The position numbers and the translations under genes were made by a program. From Pseudolysinimonas sp. (GTDB taxonomy: Bacteria; Actinomycetota; Actinomycetes; Actinomycetales; Microbacteriaceae): 64,000 bases of DNA. The stretch lies in NCBI RefSeq assembly GCF_044239695.1, contig NZ_JBIIAW010000003.1:5316-69315 (forward strand). Direction: 5' to 3'. Below are positions 47,138 to 54,874 of the stretch, in pieces (position 1 is the stretch's first letter; each line of letters begins with the position of its first letter). The notes beneath the pieces are model-generated. The model made no database searches. It saw only the letters and a program-made list of their open reading frames with translations, and was not told the DNA's origin.

Positions 47138-47167
47138 CAGCCGCACCCACAAACGCGGGTGCGGCTG
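47138..47167 (-). terminator. Orphaned intrinsic terminator of the original tRNA-Gly 3' end
   Basis: CAGCCGCACCC-8 nt-GGGTGCGGCTG, an 11-bp stem. On the minus strand it is followed by TCGTGTTTTGGGG. It lies 28 nt downstream of the displaced tRNA 3' half. Confidence 0.6.
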
Positions 47168-47194
47168 TCAACGATGTCCTGAGACATCACATGG

Positions 47195-47236
47195 GAGCGG
47201 ATGACGGGAATCGAACCCGCGCTATCAGCTTGGGAA
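47195..47236. repeat. att direct repeat (displaced 3' half of tRNA-Gly)
   Basis: GAGCGGATGACGGGAATCGAACCCGCGCTATCAGCTTGGGAA is identical to 56401-56442. The flanking bases differ on both sides. Confidence 0.95.
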
Positions 47237-47355
47237 AACGACGCCGACCCTTTCTCTGTCAGTCGAGATCGCGGGTGAAGCCCGCTATCTCGGTGAAGTG
47301 ACCTTAACAGTCGATGCCGGTTAGCGACAGTTCGCGACACGTTGCGACGGACCAG

Positions 47356-47376
47356 GAGTCCACGTCGCGTCCACGA
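47356..47376. promoter_or_regulatory. GTCCACG doublet (candidate integrase arm-type site), copy 1
   Basis: GAGTCCACGTCGCGTCCACGA. A near-identical GAGTCCACGTGCGTCCACGA lies at 56308-56327 in the same orientation. Each is about 75-140 nt inside an att repeat. Confidence 0.5.
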
Positions 47377-47435
47377 GATTGACCGCTGTCGTCGGGCGCC
47401 GTTACCTTGCGAGCGACGCGACGAGAGGGCGACGA

Positions 47436-48911
47436 ATGACCGCTGCACCCGCTGACCCCCGGCTCGACCCGGCCGCTGCGCAACGCACCGAGGACGTCTG
47501 GGCGACCGCGCTCGACGAGCACCGCGGATACCTCGCTCAGGTCGACGGCCTTGCCGAGTCGACGGTGACGGTGCGAATGCGGATGCTCAGCGCGATGGCG
47601 CGGAGCATCGGGCTCGGGCCGTGGGCCCTCTCGGACGAGGCCTTTTCGCTGTGGCTCGATCAGCGCGGGCTCGCTCGAGAAAGTCAGCGAACCTACCGCA
47701 AGGTCTCCCGCGGGTTCTATCGGTGGGCTGTGGCGGTCGGCTACATCGAGCGGCAGCCCCTCGCCGACCGACCAACGCGAGTTCGCCGAGCGCCCGAAGG
47801 TGCTTGGAGCGCCGGGTTGGAGGAGTGGGAGGTGCACGAGTCTCGGGTCGGCGCGAGCCCCGAGTACGTCCGGACTCGGGCAAAGCATCTCCGTCGCTTC
47901 GCCGACGAATGCGGTGTCGCCTCGCCCTGGAACGTCGAGCCGGCGCACGTGCATGGGTGGCTCGCTCGACTCAACGTGAGCGGCAGTACCGTCGCCGCGG
48001 CGCGGAACGCGCTGCGATCCTTCTACCGTTGGGCCTGCCACGACGGCCGGATCGAGCACGATCCTACGGACGAACCCTCTCGTCGAGCGAGCACCCGGTT
48101 CGCGCCCGAACGGTGGGAGGTCGAGATCTCGGCTTGGCGTCGCGCGATGCTCGCCGAGTCGAAGCCCTCGACGACGCTCATGCTGCGCGTGCAGCACCTT
48201 CGCCGCTTCGCGCGCGAGAACAGCCACCTCGCGCCGTTCGAGCCGACCACCGACGAACTGCTCGACTGGCTATCTCACAAGCGTTGGAGTCCCGAAACGC
48301 GGCGCTCGGTGCGCGGGTCACTGCGCGGGTTCTATCGCTGGGCGAAGCAGAGCGGCCGCGTGGCGAAGAATCCCGCGGCGAAACTGCCGGCCGTGAAGGC
48401 ACCGCTCTCGCACGCACGTCCCGCGGCCGACGCCGACTACCGGGCTGCCCTGGCGAAGGCGGACCGCTCCGAGCGGATGGCGTTGCGGCTGGCCGCCGAA
48501 CTCGGGCTGCGACGCGCCGAGGTCGCCGTGGTCCACACCTCCGACCTGCGACACACCGAGACCGGAATGCTCATCCTCGTCCACGGCAAGGGTCGCCGCG
48601 ATCGGGTGCTCCCGGTGCCGCAGTCCCTCGCAGACTCGCTCCGCGCGGTGACCCCCGGGTTCGTGTTCCCCGGGAAGATCGACGGGCACATTTCCCCGCA
48701 GTACCTGAGCAAGCGACTCGGGGCGCTGCTGCCGCCCGGGGTGAGCATGCACATGCTTCGACACCGCTTCGCGACTAACGCCTACGCCGTCGATCGCGAC
48801 GTGCTTACGGTCCAGCGTCTGCTCGGCCACTCTTCGCCGGCCACGACTCAGCGGTACGTCGCGGTGACCGATGATCGCATGCGCGAACTCGTGGAGGCGA
48901 TCGCATCGTGA
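47436..48911 (+). CDS. Tyrosine recombinase with three tandem core-binding (SAM-like) domains
   Basis: Start at ATG 47436 (track 47379). There are three repeats of about 90 aa, each ending in FYRWA(V/C/K). The single catalytic domain has R (GLRRAEV), K (HGKGRRDR), HxxR (HMLRHRF), H (LGHSS) and Y (TQRYV). Confidence 0.85.
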   Translation: MTAAPADPRLDPAAAQRTEDVWATALDEHRGYLAQVDGLAESTVTVRMRMLSAMARSIGLGPWALSDEAFSLWLDQRGLARESQRTYRKVSRGFYRWAVAVGYIERQPLADRPTRVRRAPEGAWSAGLEEWEVHESRVGASPEYVRTRAKHLRRFADECGVASPWNVEPAHVHGWLARLNVSGSTVAAARNALRSFYRWACHDGRIEHDPTDEPSRRASTRFAPERWEVEISAWRRAMLAESKPSTTLMLRVQHLRRFARENSHLAPFEPTTDELLDWLSHKRWSPETRRSVRGSLRGFYRWAKQSGRVAKNPAAKLPAVKAPLSHARPAADADYRAALAKADRSERMALRLAAELGLRRAEVAVVHTSDLRHTETGMLILVHGKGRRDRVLPVPQSLADSLRAVTPGFVFPGKIDGHISPQYLSKRLGALLPPGVSMHMLRHRFATNAYAVDRDVLTVQRLLGHSSPATTQRYVAVTDDRMRELVEAIAS

Positions 48912-49195
48912 CGCTGAACTTCGACTGCCCGGTCGCCTGGTGTAGCGGCTACCGTCCCGAGCACGGCGACGAGGGCGACGGGCCGCAGAAGTGGCTACAC
49001 ACGTCGGAGCACGAGGACATCGCCGAACTCGCGATCGGGGTGTTCTTCAGAGAGGGGATCGGGCCGACCACCTTCGCCGTGAGCATCACCACCACGGAAC
49101 TCGGCGGGAGCGCGGAGCAACTCCGTGCGGACGCCAAGAGGCTGCGCACGCTCGCCGCGGTCATGGAAGCGCGAGCGGGCTCGGTCGAGCAGTAG
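48908..49195 (+). CDS. Hypothetical protein with N-terminal C-P-x-x-W-C motif
   Basis: 95 aa, GTGA-coupled to the recombinase. Begins MTLNFDCPVAWCSGYRPEHGDEGDG. Confidence 0.55.
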   Translation: MTLNFDCPVAWCSGYRPEHGDEGDGPQKWLHTSEHEDIAELAIGVFFREGIGPTTFAVSITTTELGGSAEQLRADAKRLRTLAAVMEARAGSVEQ

Positions 49196-49291
49196 ACCTC
49201 GGGTCGGGGCTCCCAAGTCGAAGGCTTCGCTCAGTGGCGCGGCGCGCCGCTCCGACCGGTGACGGTCGCCCGATGTACGTTCAGCGGGTTG

Positions 49292-49309
49292 GCGGCCCGA
49301 AAGGGCCGC
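49292..49309 (+). terminator. Hairpin downstream of the recombinase operon
   Basis: GCGGCCC-GAAA-GGGCCGC followed by TGCTTCG. Confidence 0.5.
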
Positions 49310-49431
49310 TGCTTCGCCGTGCTCGCGCGAAGGCAGGGGGAACGCGGGACAACCCGAGGAGTTCCCGCGCGATCGCGCTTGTAGAGAGAGAAATCCGTGC
49401 TGCCGTCTAGCGGAGGTACGACGCATTCCTC

Positions 49432-49481
49432 AAAAAGATCGGGGCTAGGGCGAGTGTGAGCAGTGCTCTGTCGCCCTAGCC
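49432..49481 (-). terminator. Hairpin plus T-tract (intrinsic terminator on the minus strand)
   Basis: GGCTAGGGCGA...TCGCCCTAGCC (11-bp stem at 49443-49481 with an inner GAGCA/TGCTC stem). On the minus strand it is followed by CCGATCTTTTTG. Confidence 0.55.
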
Positions 49482-49500
49482 GCGTGCGCTTCGCTGGGAC

Positions 49501-49547
49501 GCGGGAACATCGGTAACGATCATCGGTCACATCGGTGACTCGGTCAC
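49501..49547. repeat. Repeat array A: GCGGGAAC + 4 x (A)TCGGTNAC
   Basis: GCGGGAAC 49501-49508, ATCGGTAAC 49509-49517, ATCGGTCAC 49522-49530, ATCGGTGAC 49531-49539, TCGGTCAC 49540-49547. Confidence 0.85.
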
Positions 49548-49653
49548 AAGCGCCATGTCTACCCGGCTGCCCGCGTGCCCGCTGTGCTCGTTGTCGAGGA
49601 GCGCGCACGCCGGACACCTCCACCAGAACCCAGGAAGTACCGTGGTGGCGCAC

Positions 49654-49688
49654 GCCGGGCAGGTGACCAGAAACGACACCTGCCCGGC
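49654..49688 (-). terminator. Hairpin just after the stop of the minus-strand operon
   Basis: GCCGGGCAGGTG-11 nt-CACCTGCCCGGC, a perfect 12-bp stem 18 nt past the stop at 49706. Confidence 0.6.
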
Positions 49689-49705
49689 GCAGCGACACCG
49701 CTCCA

Positions 49706-51106
49706 TCAGAGGACTTCCTGCCCGTAACGGGTGAAGAGTTTCGCCCGGATGTTCACAGGGTTGCGGCGGAAATACTCCTGGGCCGTCGAGTGATACGCGG
49801 CCGCATCTGCGGAGGGATTGAAGGTGACCCTCGGCGCGGGGACGGTCGATGCGCCGAGGGCGGCGCCGATCTCCGTGACGTAGGTGCCCGAGTTCTGCTT
49901 GCCGGCCTCGCTCCAGAATCGATCGAGTTCGGCACGCTGGGAAGTCGAAGCGCTCTGGTAGCCCGCGAGCATCGTGGCTGCCGCCTCCACACCCTGCTCG
50001 TTGAGGAACGCCTTCGCCTCGGCGCTGAGACCCGCGGTCGCAAGCGTCGCCTGGTAGTCGCGCAGAGCGGTCTCCCTCTCCTGCATCGCGGCAAGATACG
50101 CCGACACGTCGAACAGACCGGTCTCGGCGTCGATGAAGCCCTGCGTGCTGCCCGCCGCCTCGTCGTAGGCGGTGTTCACCGCCTTGATCAGCGCGACCTT
50201 GCCCTCGATCTCTGAGACCCCGGACGAGTAGTACAACTCCTGCATCTGGGTCGCCTCGCTGATCGCGTCGCGTTGCGCCCGCAGAAGCCCGAGTTCGTGC
50301 TCCAGGTCGGCGGCGCGGTTGCTCGCCTCCGTTGAGGCGAACTCGTTGTTGCCCTGCAACTCCAGGGCGCGGATGCGCTCGGCCGCTGCGAGTGCTTCTG
50401 TCTTGTCGATGAGGTCGTCGAGCGGTTCACCGCCTCCGGCGTACGCGTTAACGACGTCCTCGAAGTTCGATTCGAGATCGGCGGCGAGGCCGCTGAGCCG
50501 CTCCAGGTTCGCCTTGCTGTCATCGGTCTCTGTGGCGAGTCCGCGTACTTCATCCGCGATCCCGGAGAACGCGCGGCCCGCGATCGCGCCGGTGTCGATG
50601 AACTCGCTGGTGAGTTCCGCGACCTTGGCGCGGAACTCTTCGGAGTCCTCTTCCGCGCCAGTGATCGCGGCCGCGATCGTGCCGATAGTCGCCGCGGCTG
50701 CGACCGCGACGGGCACGAGCGCCGGGTTGACTTGCGCGAGGCCTGCGACCAGACCGCCGAACGTGCCCTGCACGCCGTCGACGAACGACGACACCGAGCC
50801 GTCGAACGACGAGAACGTCTCGGATGCGTTGGACAGCGCTTCGGCCTTGACTTCGCGCATCGACGCCGACGCTTTCGTGGCGCCGCGGTCGAGCCCGTCC
50901 GCGAGGTTCTGCCCGGCCTTGTTGCCGTCGCGCTCAGCCGCGCGGGCGAGATCCCGGAACGAACCTTCGAGCCGCTCTGTCGACTGATCGCCGTCGCGCG
51001 CAGCGTCGTCGAGCGCGTCGGCGACCTGGTCGAGCGCGCCGGCCACGTCCTTGATTCCGGCTTGTGCATCGCGAGTGTTCGCAGCGATGTCGAGACTGAG
51101 TGCCAT
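49706..51106 (-). CDS. Coiled-coil protein with central hydrophobic segment (tape-measure-like?)
   Basis: Start at ATG 51106, overlapping the upstream stop by 1 nt (TGATG). 466 aa, Ala/Glu/Asp-rich and helical. The hydrophobic core is GGLVAGLAQVNPALVPVAVAAAATIGTIAAAITGA. Confidence 0.65.
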   Translation of the reverse strand: MALSLDIAANTRDAQAGIKDVAGALDQVADALDDAARDGDQSTERLEGSFRDLARAAERDGNKAGQNLADGLDRGATKASASMREVKAEALSNASETFSSFDGSVSSFVDGVQGTFGGLVAGLAQVNPALVPVAVAAAATIGTIAAAITGAEEDSEEFRAKVAELTSEFIDTGAIAGRAFSGIADEVRGLATETDDSKANLERLSGLAADLESNFEDVVNAYAGGGEPLDDLIDKTEALAAAERIRALELQGNNEFASTEASNRAADLEHELGLLRAQRDAISEATQMQELYYSSGVSEIEGKVALIKAVNTAYDEAAGSTQGFIDAETGLFDVSAYLAAMQERETALRDYQATLATAGLSAEAKAFLNEQGVEAAATMLAGYQSASTSQRAELDRFWSEAGKQNSGTYVTEIGAALGASTVPAPRVTFNPSADAAAYHSTAQEYFRRNPVNIRAKLFTRYGQEVL

Positions 51107-51867
51107 CAGCGCGCCTCCATCCCGAGAGCCCGGGCGACGACCACGCGGCGAGTCTCGCCGTCCCGAGTTCGCTCGACCCGAACGGCTTCGGCGTAGATCT
51201 CGGCAGCGACGAGGTGACACTTCGCGCAGGCGAGGAGTGTCGGCACAGGAAGGCCGCGGGGGGTGAGTGTCGAGGGTGAGACCCAGTTCACGACTTCGAC
51301 GGGGGCGAGGGGGCGCGCCATGGGAGCACCTGCCTCGACCGCGCCGCAGACGGGACAGGTGTAGACGCTGCGCGCTGCCTCTTCGGCGCGGACTCGCTTC
51401 GCGTGCCGCTCGGCGTGGTGCTTGACGTGCGCGGCCGTGATCGTGAAGCGCGCCATTGACTCGTACCGGGTCGGCTCCTGCTCGAGGAGGTCGTCGACGA
51501 GGCGATCGATCGAGTCGCCCGCCCAGAGCGGTCGGGCGTACGGCCCGAGGAGCGCATCGGTGAGCGCGAACCCCGACAGAGGCTCGTCTTGCTCCTCGTC
51601 GGCAGAGGAGTCGGTAAGCGGCCGATGAGACCGCGTGCCGGCTCGCGCGGCTTCTCGGGCGCGCTCATCCTCTCGGCGTTCCGCGCGGTGCTTTGCGCTG
51701 AGCTCAAGGACCGCGATGTTCTGAGACACCGCGCGGGGGATTCGGCCGGGGGCGGTCGCTGAATGCTCCGTCCACGCGGCCCGGTGGCTTTCCGGGATGA
51801 AGTAGAACGACGCCTGGTCGTCGAAGCCCTCGGGCAGGGGATCGACGGTGCTGGGCTTGAGGCTCAT
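51106..51867 (-). CDS. Hypothetical protein with CxxC...CxxC zinc-ribbon-like motif
   Basis: Start at ATG 51867 (the track TTG at 51882 is possible). Motifs are CPVCG and CAKCH, about 45 aa apart. Confidence 0.55.
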   Translation of the reverse strand: MSLKPSTVDPLPEGFDDQASFYFIPESHRAAWTEHSATAPGRIPRAVSQNIAVLELSAKHRAERREDERAREAARAGTRSHRPLTDSSADEEQDEPLSGFALTDALLGPYARPLWAGDSIDRLVDDLLEQEPTRYESMARFTITAAHVKHHAERHAKRVRAEEAARSVYTCPVCGAVEAGAPMARPLAPVEVVNWVSPSTLTPRGLPVPTLLACAKCHLVAAEIYAEAVRVERTRDGETRRVVVARALGMEAR

Positions 51868-51925
51868 GGTGATGACGTCCAATCGAATTACAGGGTTGCG
51901 CGCAGATCCGCTGCACGCGCCGGGG

Positions 51926-53104
51926 CTAGAACGGCTCGTCCTCGTCGAATAGCGTCGAGGCCGGCGGTGGTGCCTCGTCCGTCTCGGGCTCCGCGGGCAG
52001 GTACCGCTCCCAGGCGTCGGCGAGGTGGTGGCGGGCGTAGCCCTTGGCAGTGCCGAGGGAGCCGAAGCGAATCGTGTTGTTCGTCGGGACGCCGTACTTC
52101 GAGAGTTGCCGGGCGATGAACCGGCTGTCGATCGGGGTGCCCTTGATGCTCGCCCAAGGCGCGGTCTCCATCGAGACCAGCGCGTCGAGGATGACCGTCG
52201 TGCGGAGCGCCTCCTCGCCCTCTGCGTCGAACACGGCGCGGAGGTCCGCGAGGAGCCGGATGCCGAGCGTGGCGGGGCGGTGGCTCTGCTCGTCGACCAT
52301 CGCGACGGCGGCGGCGCGGAGTCGGGTCGGCCACTCGCCGCCCGCGGCGTCCGCGATCGCGATGAGGGGCTCCCAGACGTCGGCGTTGCGGTCGACGATC
52401 GTCAACGGCAACTCGGGCCACACACCTTCCACGAGCGGCCGCGCGCTCAGGGCCCAGCGCTCCAAGTCGGCGCGGAGAATCGCCGCATCGGCCTCCGTGG
52501 CTCGGCGGCGGTAGGGCTCGATCTGCTCGCTCGGGCTGCGGCGCCGCATCGCGATGACGATCGACCGCGTCATCAGGGTGTCGGGCAGGCTGTTGAGCCC
52601 TGCCATAGCGACTGGCGCGAACGAGGACCATTCTTCGGTCACCACCTCTTTGCCGCGCACGCTCGCGCGGCCGACGACGGCGCCCTTGCGGTAGCCGCTG
52701 TTGAGCAGTCCACGGATCTCTTCGGTCGATTCGCTTGGTCGGTTGGTGAAGATCGAGTCGACCTCGTCGAACAGCAGTGTCGGGAGCGGTACCTCGTCTT
52801 CGACCGAGAGGCGTCGGAACAGGTAGGAGACCGTGGCGTTGACGGTGAGCACGGCGTCGGGCACGAGCGGCTCGGTGACCTCCAAGGCGCGGGACTTGCC
52901 GCTCCCCGGCTCAGGCGACAGGAACGCCAGGCGGGGGGAGTTGTCGAAGCAGCGCGCCAGGTGGGTGTGCGCGATCCACACGGTGTGCGCGACCCGGGCG
53001 TGCTCGGATGGGTACGCGACGAACCGTCGCAGGAATGCCTCGATGCTGTCGAGGACGTCGGCTCCGGCCGGAGCGGCTGGAGCCTTGGGCGGGCGGGGTG
53101 TCAC
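51926..53104 (-). CDS. DUF3631-type P-loop ATPase (PrimPol-associated replication protein)
   Basis: 392 aa. Walker A is EPGSGKSRALE and Walker B is LLFDEVD. GTGA overlap with PrimPol. Family recalled from typical PrimPol-DUF3631 pairs. Confidence 0.75.
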   Translation of the reverse strand: MTPRPPKAPAAPAGADVLDSIEAFLRRFVAYPSEHARVAHTVWIAHTHLARCFDNSPRLAFLSPEPGSGKSRALEVTEPLVPDAVLTVNATVSYLFRRLSVEDEVPLPTLLFDEVDSIFTNRPSESTEEIRGLLNSGYRKGAVVGRASVRGKEVVTEEWSSFAPVAMAGLNSLPDTLMTRSIVIAMRRRSPSEQIEPYRRRATEADAAILRADLERWALSARPLVEGVWPELPLTIVDRNADVWEPLIAIADAAGGEWPTRLRAAAVAMVDEQSHRPATLGIRLLADLRAVFDAEGEEALRTTVILDALVSMETAPWASIKGTPIDSRFIARQLSKYGVPTNNTIRFGSLGTAKGYARHHLADAWERYLPAEPETDEAPPPASTLFDEDEPF

Positions 53105-53847
53105 GAGGACGTGGCTCCGTAACGTCGGCGGGCGGAGGCGATGGTCTTCGCGATCTCGCTGTCGGTGAGACCGACGACCGAAGCCGCGGCCTCCAGGAGG
53201 TCAAAGGCGTCGGAGGAAAGGCCGGCTTCTGCGGCGCGGCACGCTGCCCAGAACAGCGCGGCGTTGCGGTTGCCCTCGGTCCTCGTTGACACGAACTCGG
53301 CGAGGTGCAGCGCTTTGCGCTCAGTCCGGCCCGCGGGGGCCGCCCGCTTGGGCGGCTCGACGGGACGCAATAGGGCGACCACCGACGCCGGGAGCGGGAC
53401 GGGCGGCCGCGACGCCCACGTGTACGGCTTGCCGGTCGACGGGTGGAGGCTTGGGGGCATGACGCAGTAGCCGCGGTCGGTCTTGACGTCGATCCCGGTT
53501 GGGAGGCGGGTGGCGCTCAGCGAGCCTGGGGGGCGACGGTAGTAGCGGTGTTGCCCTCCCGTGCCACGGCCGCTGTGAACGGTGAGGGTCTCGGGGAGGG
53601 GCTCACCCGTCGCCGCTTCGAGGTCGGCGACGGTGCCGCCGTTCTGCGGGTCGAAGTCGAGGACGACGAGCGTGGCCGGTACGCGAGCGCCGACGTTGTG
53701 CGCTTGCGTCGACCACCACCCGCGAATGGTCCGCTCGTCGGTGGTGGCGTCCTTGACGCCGTGCTGCGTGAGCGGCACTTTTCCGCGAAGCGGCAGGATC
53801 TCCCAGCCCGCATTAGCGAGGGCGAGGGCCTGGTCGAGGTCAGGCAT
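53101..53847 (-). CDS. Bifunctional DNA primase/polymerase (PrimPol, AEP family) N-terminal domain protein
   Basis: Contains the LVVLDFD acidic motif and TVHSGRGTGGQHRYY. Start at ATG 53847 (the track start at 53886 is possible). Confidence 0.8.
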   Translation of the reverse strand: MPDLDQALALANAGWEILPLRGKVPLTQHGVKDATTDERTIRGWWSTQAHNVGARVPATLVVLDFDPQNGGTVADLEAATGEPLPETLTVHSGRGTGGQHRYYRRPPGSLSATRLPTGIDVKTDRGYCVMPPSLHPSTGKPYTWASRPPVPLPASVVALLRPVEPPKRAAPAGRTERKALHLAEFVSTRTEGNRNAALFWAACRAAEAGLSSDAFDLLEAAASVVGLTDSEIAKTIASARRRYGATSS

Positions 53848-54109
53848 CGTCGGATCCCAGCGCGCGGCGCGTGCGGATGCGGTCATCGCGGCTCGCCTGC
53901 GAGTACTCGCCCGGGTTGGCGAGCCTCTGCCGCAGTCGAGCGGCTTCAGACGTCAGTGCAGCGCGGGAGGGTGATTCGGCCGGCTCGACGAGGGCCTTCC
54001 GTTCAAGGGCCGCGAGGCGGGCTACGAGCGGGGCCGCGGCTTCGGCGCGGGTGGGGCCGGGGGCGTGCGAGGCGAAGAGCGCCGCGCCCTCGTCGTCGTG
54101 CGCGGTCAC
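53840..54109 (-). CDS. Hypothetical protein
   Basis: 89 aa from GTG 54109 (GTGA overlap with the upstream stop). Ala/Arg-rich and helical. Weak call. Confidence 0.4.
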   Translation of the reverse strand: MTAHDDEGAALFASHAPGPTRAEAAAPLVARLAALERKALVEPAESPSRAALTSEAARLRQRLANPGEYSQASRDDRIRTRRALGSDDA

Positions 54110-54339
54110 GGCTGACCCATCCAGGGTGCGAGTCGTCCCCGATCGCGAAGGCACGCGATCGCCTGCCGGGTCTCGCGTCGGCTGGGCATGAGGTAGACCG
54201 GGAGGGTCCGGGCGAATTCGTCGAGCGCGAGCCGGAAGTCGCGCGAGCCGGGGTTGGCGCACACCTCTCTCGGCACGACGTTCTGAGCGTGCTCGACGAA
54301 CTGGGCTGCGAGAGGCAGTCGCTGCTCGGTCGCGGTCAT
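54106..54339 (-). CDS. Hypothetical protein
   Basis: 77 aa. ATGA overlap with the Xis-like gene. Confidence 0.45.
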   Translation of the reverse strand: MTATEQRLPLAAQFVEHAQNVVPREVCANPGSRDFRLALDEFARTLPVYLMPSRRETRQAIACLRDRGRLAPWMGQP

Positions 54340-54539
54340 CGGTTCGCGGCGACGGGGCGCATGTGCGCCTCGATGTACTCGTCGACGGCGGACTCGGGGA
54401 CTCGGACCGAGCGACCGACCTTGACGGTGCGGAGGGCTCGACCTTGGGTGAGCGTGCGCGCTTGGCGCGGCGTGATGCTCAGCACCTCGGCGAGCTCGGC
54501 GGGCGTGTAGAGGCGTTCGCGGGATGGTGAAGACGTCAC
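54336..54539 (-). CDS. Excisionase/AlpA-type helix-turn-helix DNA-binding protein
   Basis: 67 aa. GTG start with AGGAG 7 nt upstream. HTH is YTPAELAEVLSITPRQARTL...GRSVRVPESAVDEYI. Confidence 0.75.
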   Translation of the reverse strand: MTSSPSRERLYTPAELAEVLSITPRQARTLTQGRALRTVKVGRSVRVPESAVDEYIEAHMRPVAANR

Positions 54540-54874
54540 GGGCGTGCTCCTAGGGAGGCGACCGCGGCTTACCCCGTACGGGTGCGATGGAGAGGGCTAC
54601 TCTCGCCGGCCTACTACTTTCGGAGCCCGATTCCGTCCGGGCCTTGACCTTCTACGCAGCGGGGCGACCGCTGCTCTCATCCGACAGGCCCTCTCCCAGG
54701 AGCACGGTGCCGGGTTGACCTTCCGCCTGGCGGGCGGCTGCGGTCTTGCGGCGCTGACCTCCGTTTGCCTGGCGGCTCGGGAGGGTCCTTTTCTGTCGTG
54801 TTGCCGAAAACTTAACCCTCGCGACCGACTGTGACTCCTCGCGACACGCCGTGTCGAGTCGCGCCATTTCGAAT

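Noticed and set aside
49231-49698. 155-aa minus-strand ORF (and 48995-49426) inside the island's non-coding hub.
   Set aside because: The composition is Arg/Pro/Gly-rich with no RBS or motif. The ORF spans three strong hairpins and the repeat array. I treat it as non-coding.
54544-54867. ORFs of 96 aa (plus strand) and 71 aa (minus strand) in the int-HTH spacer, considered as a possible missing repressor.
   Set aside because: There is no HTH-like segment, the composition is implausible, and no RBS is present. I cannot exclude a very small regulator.
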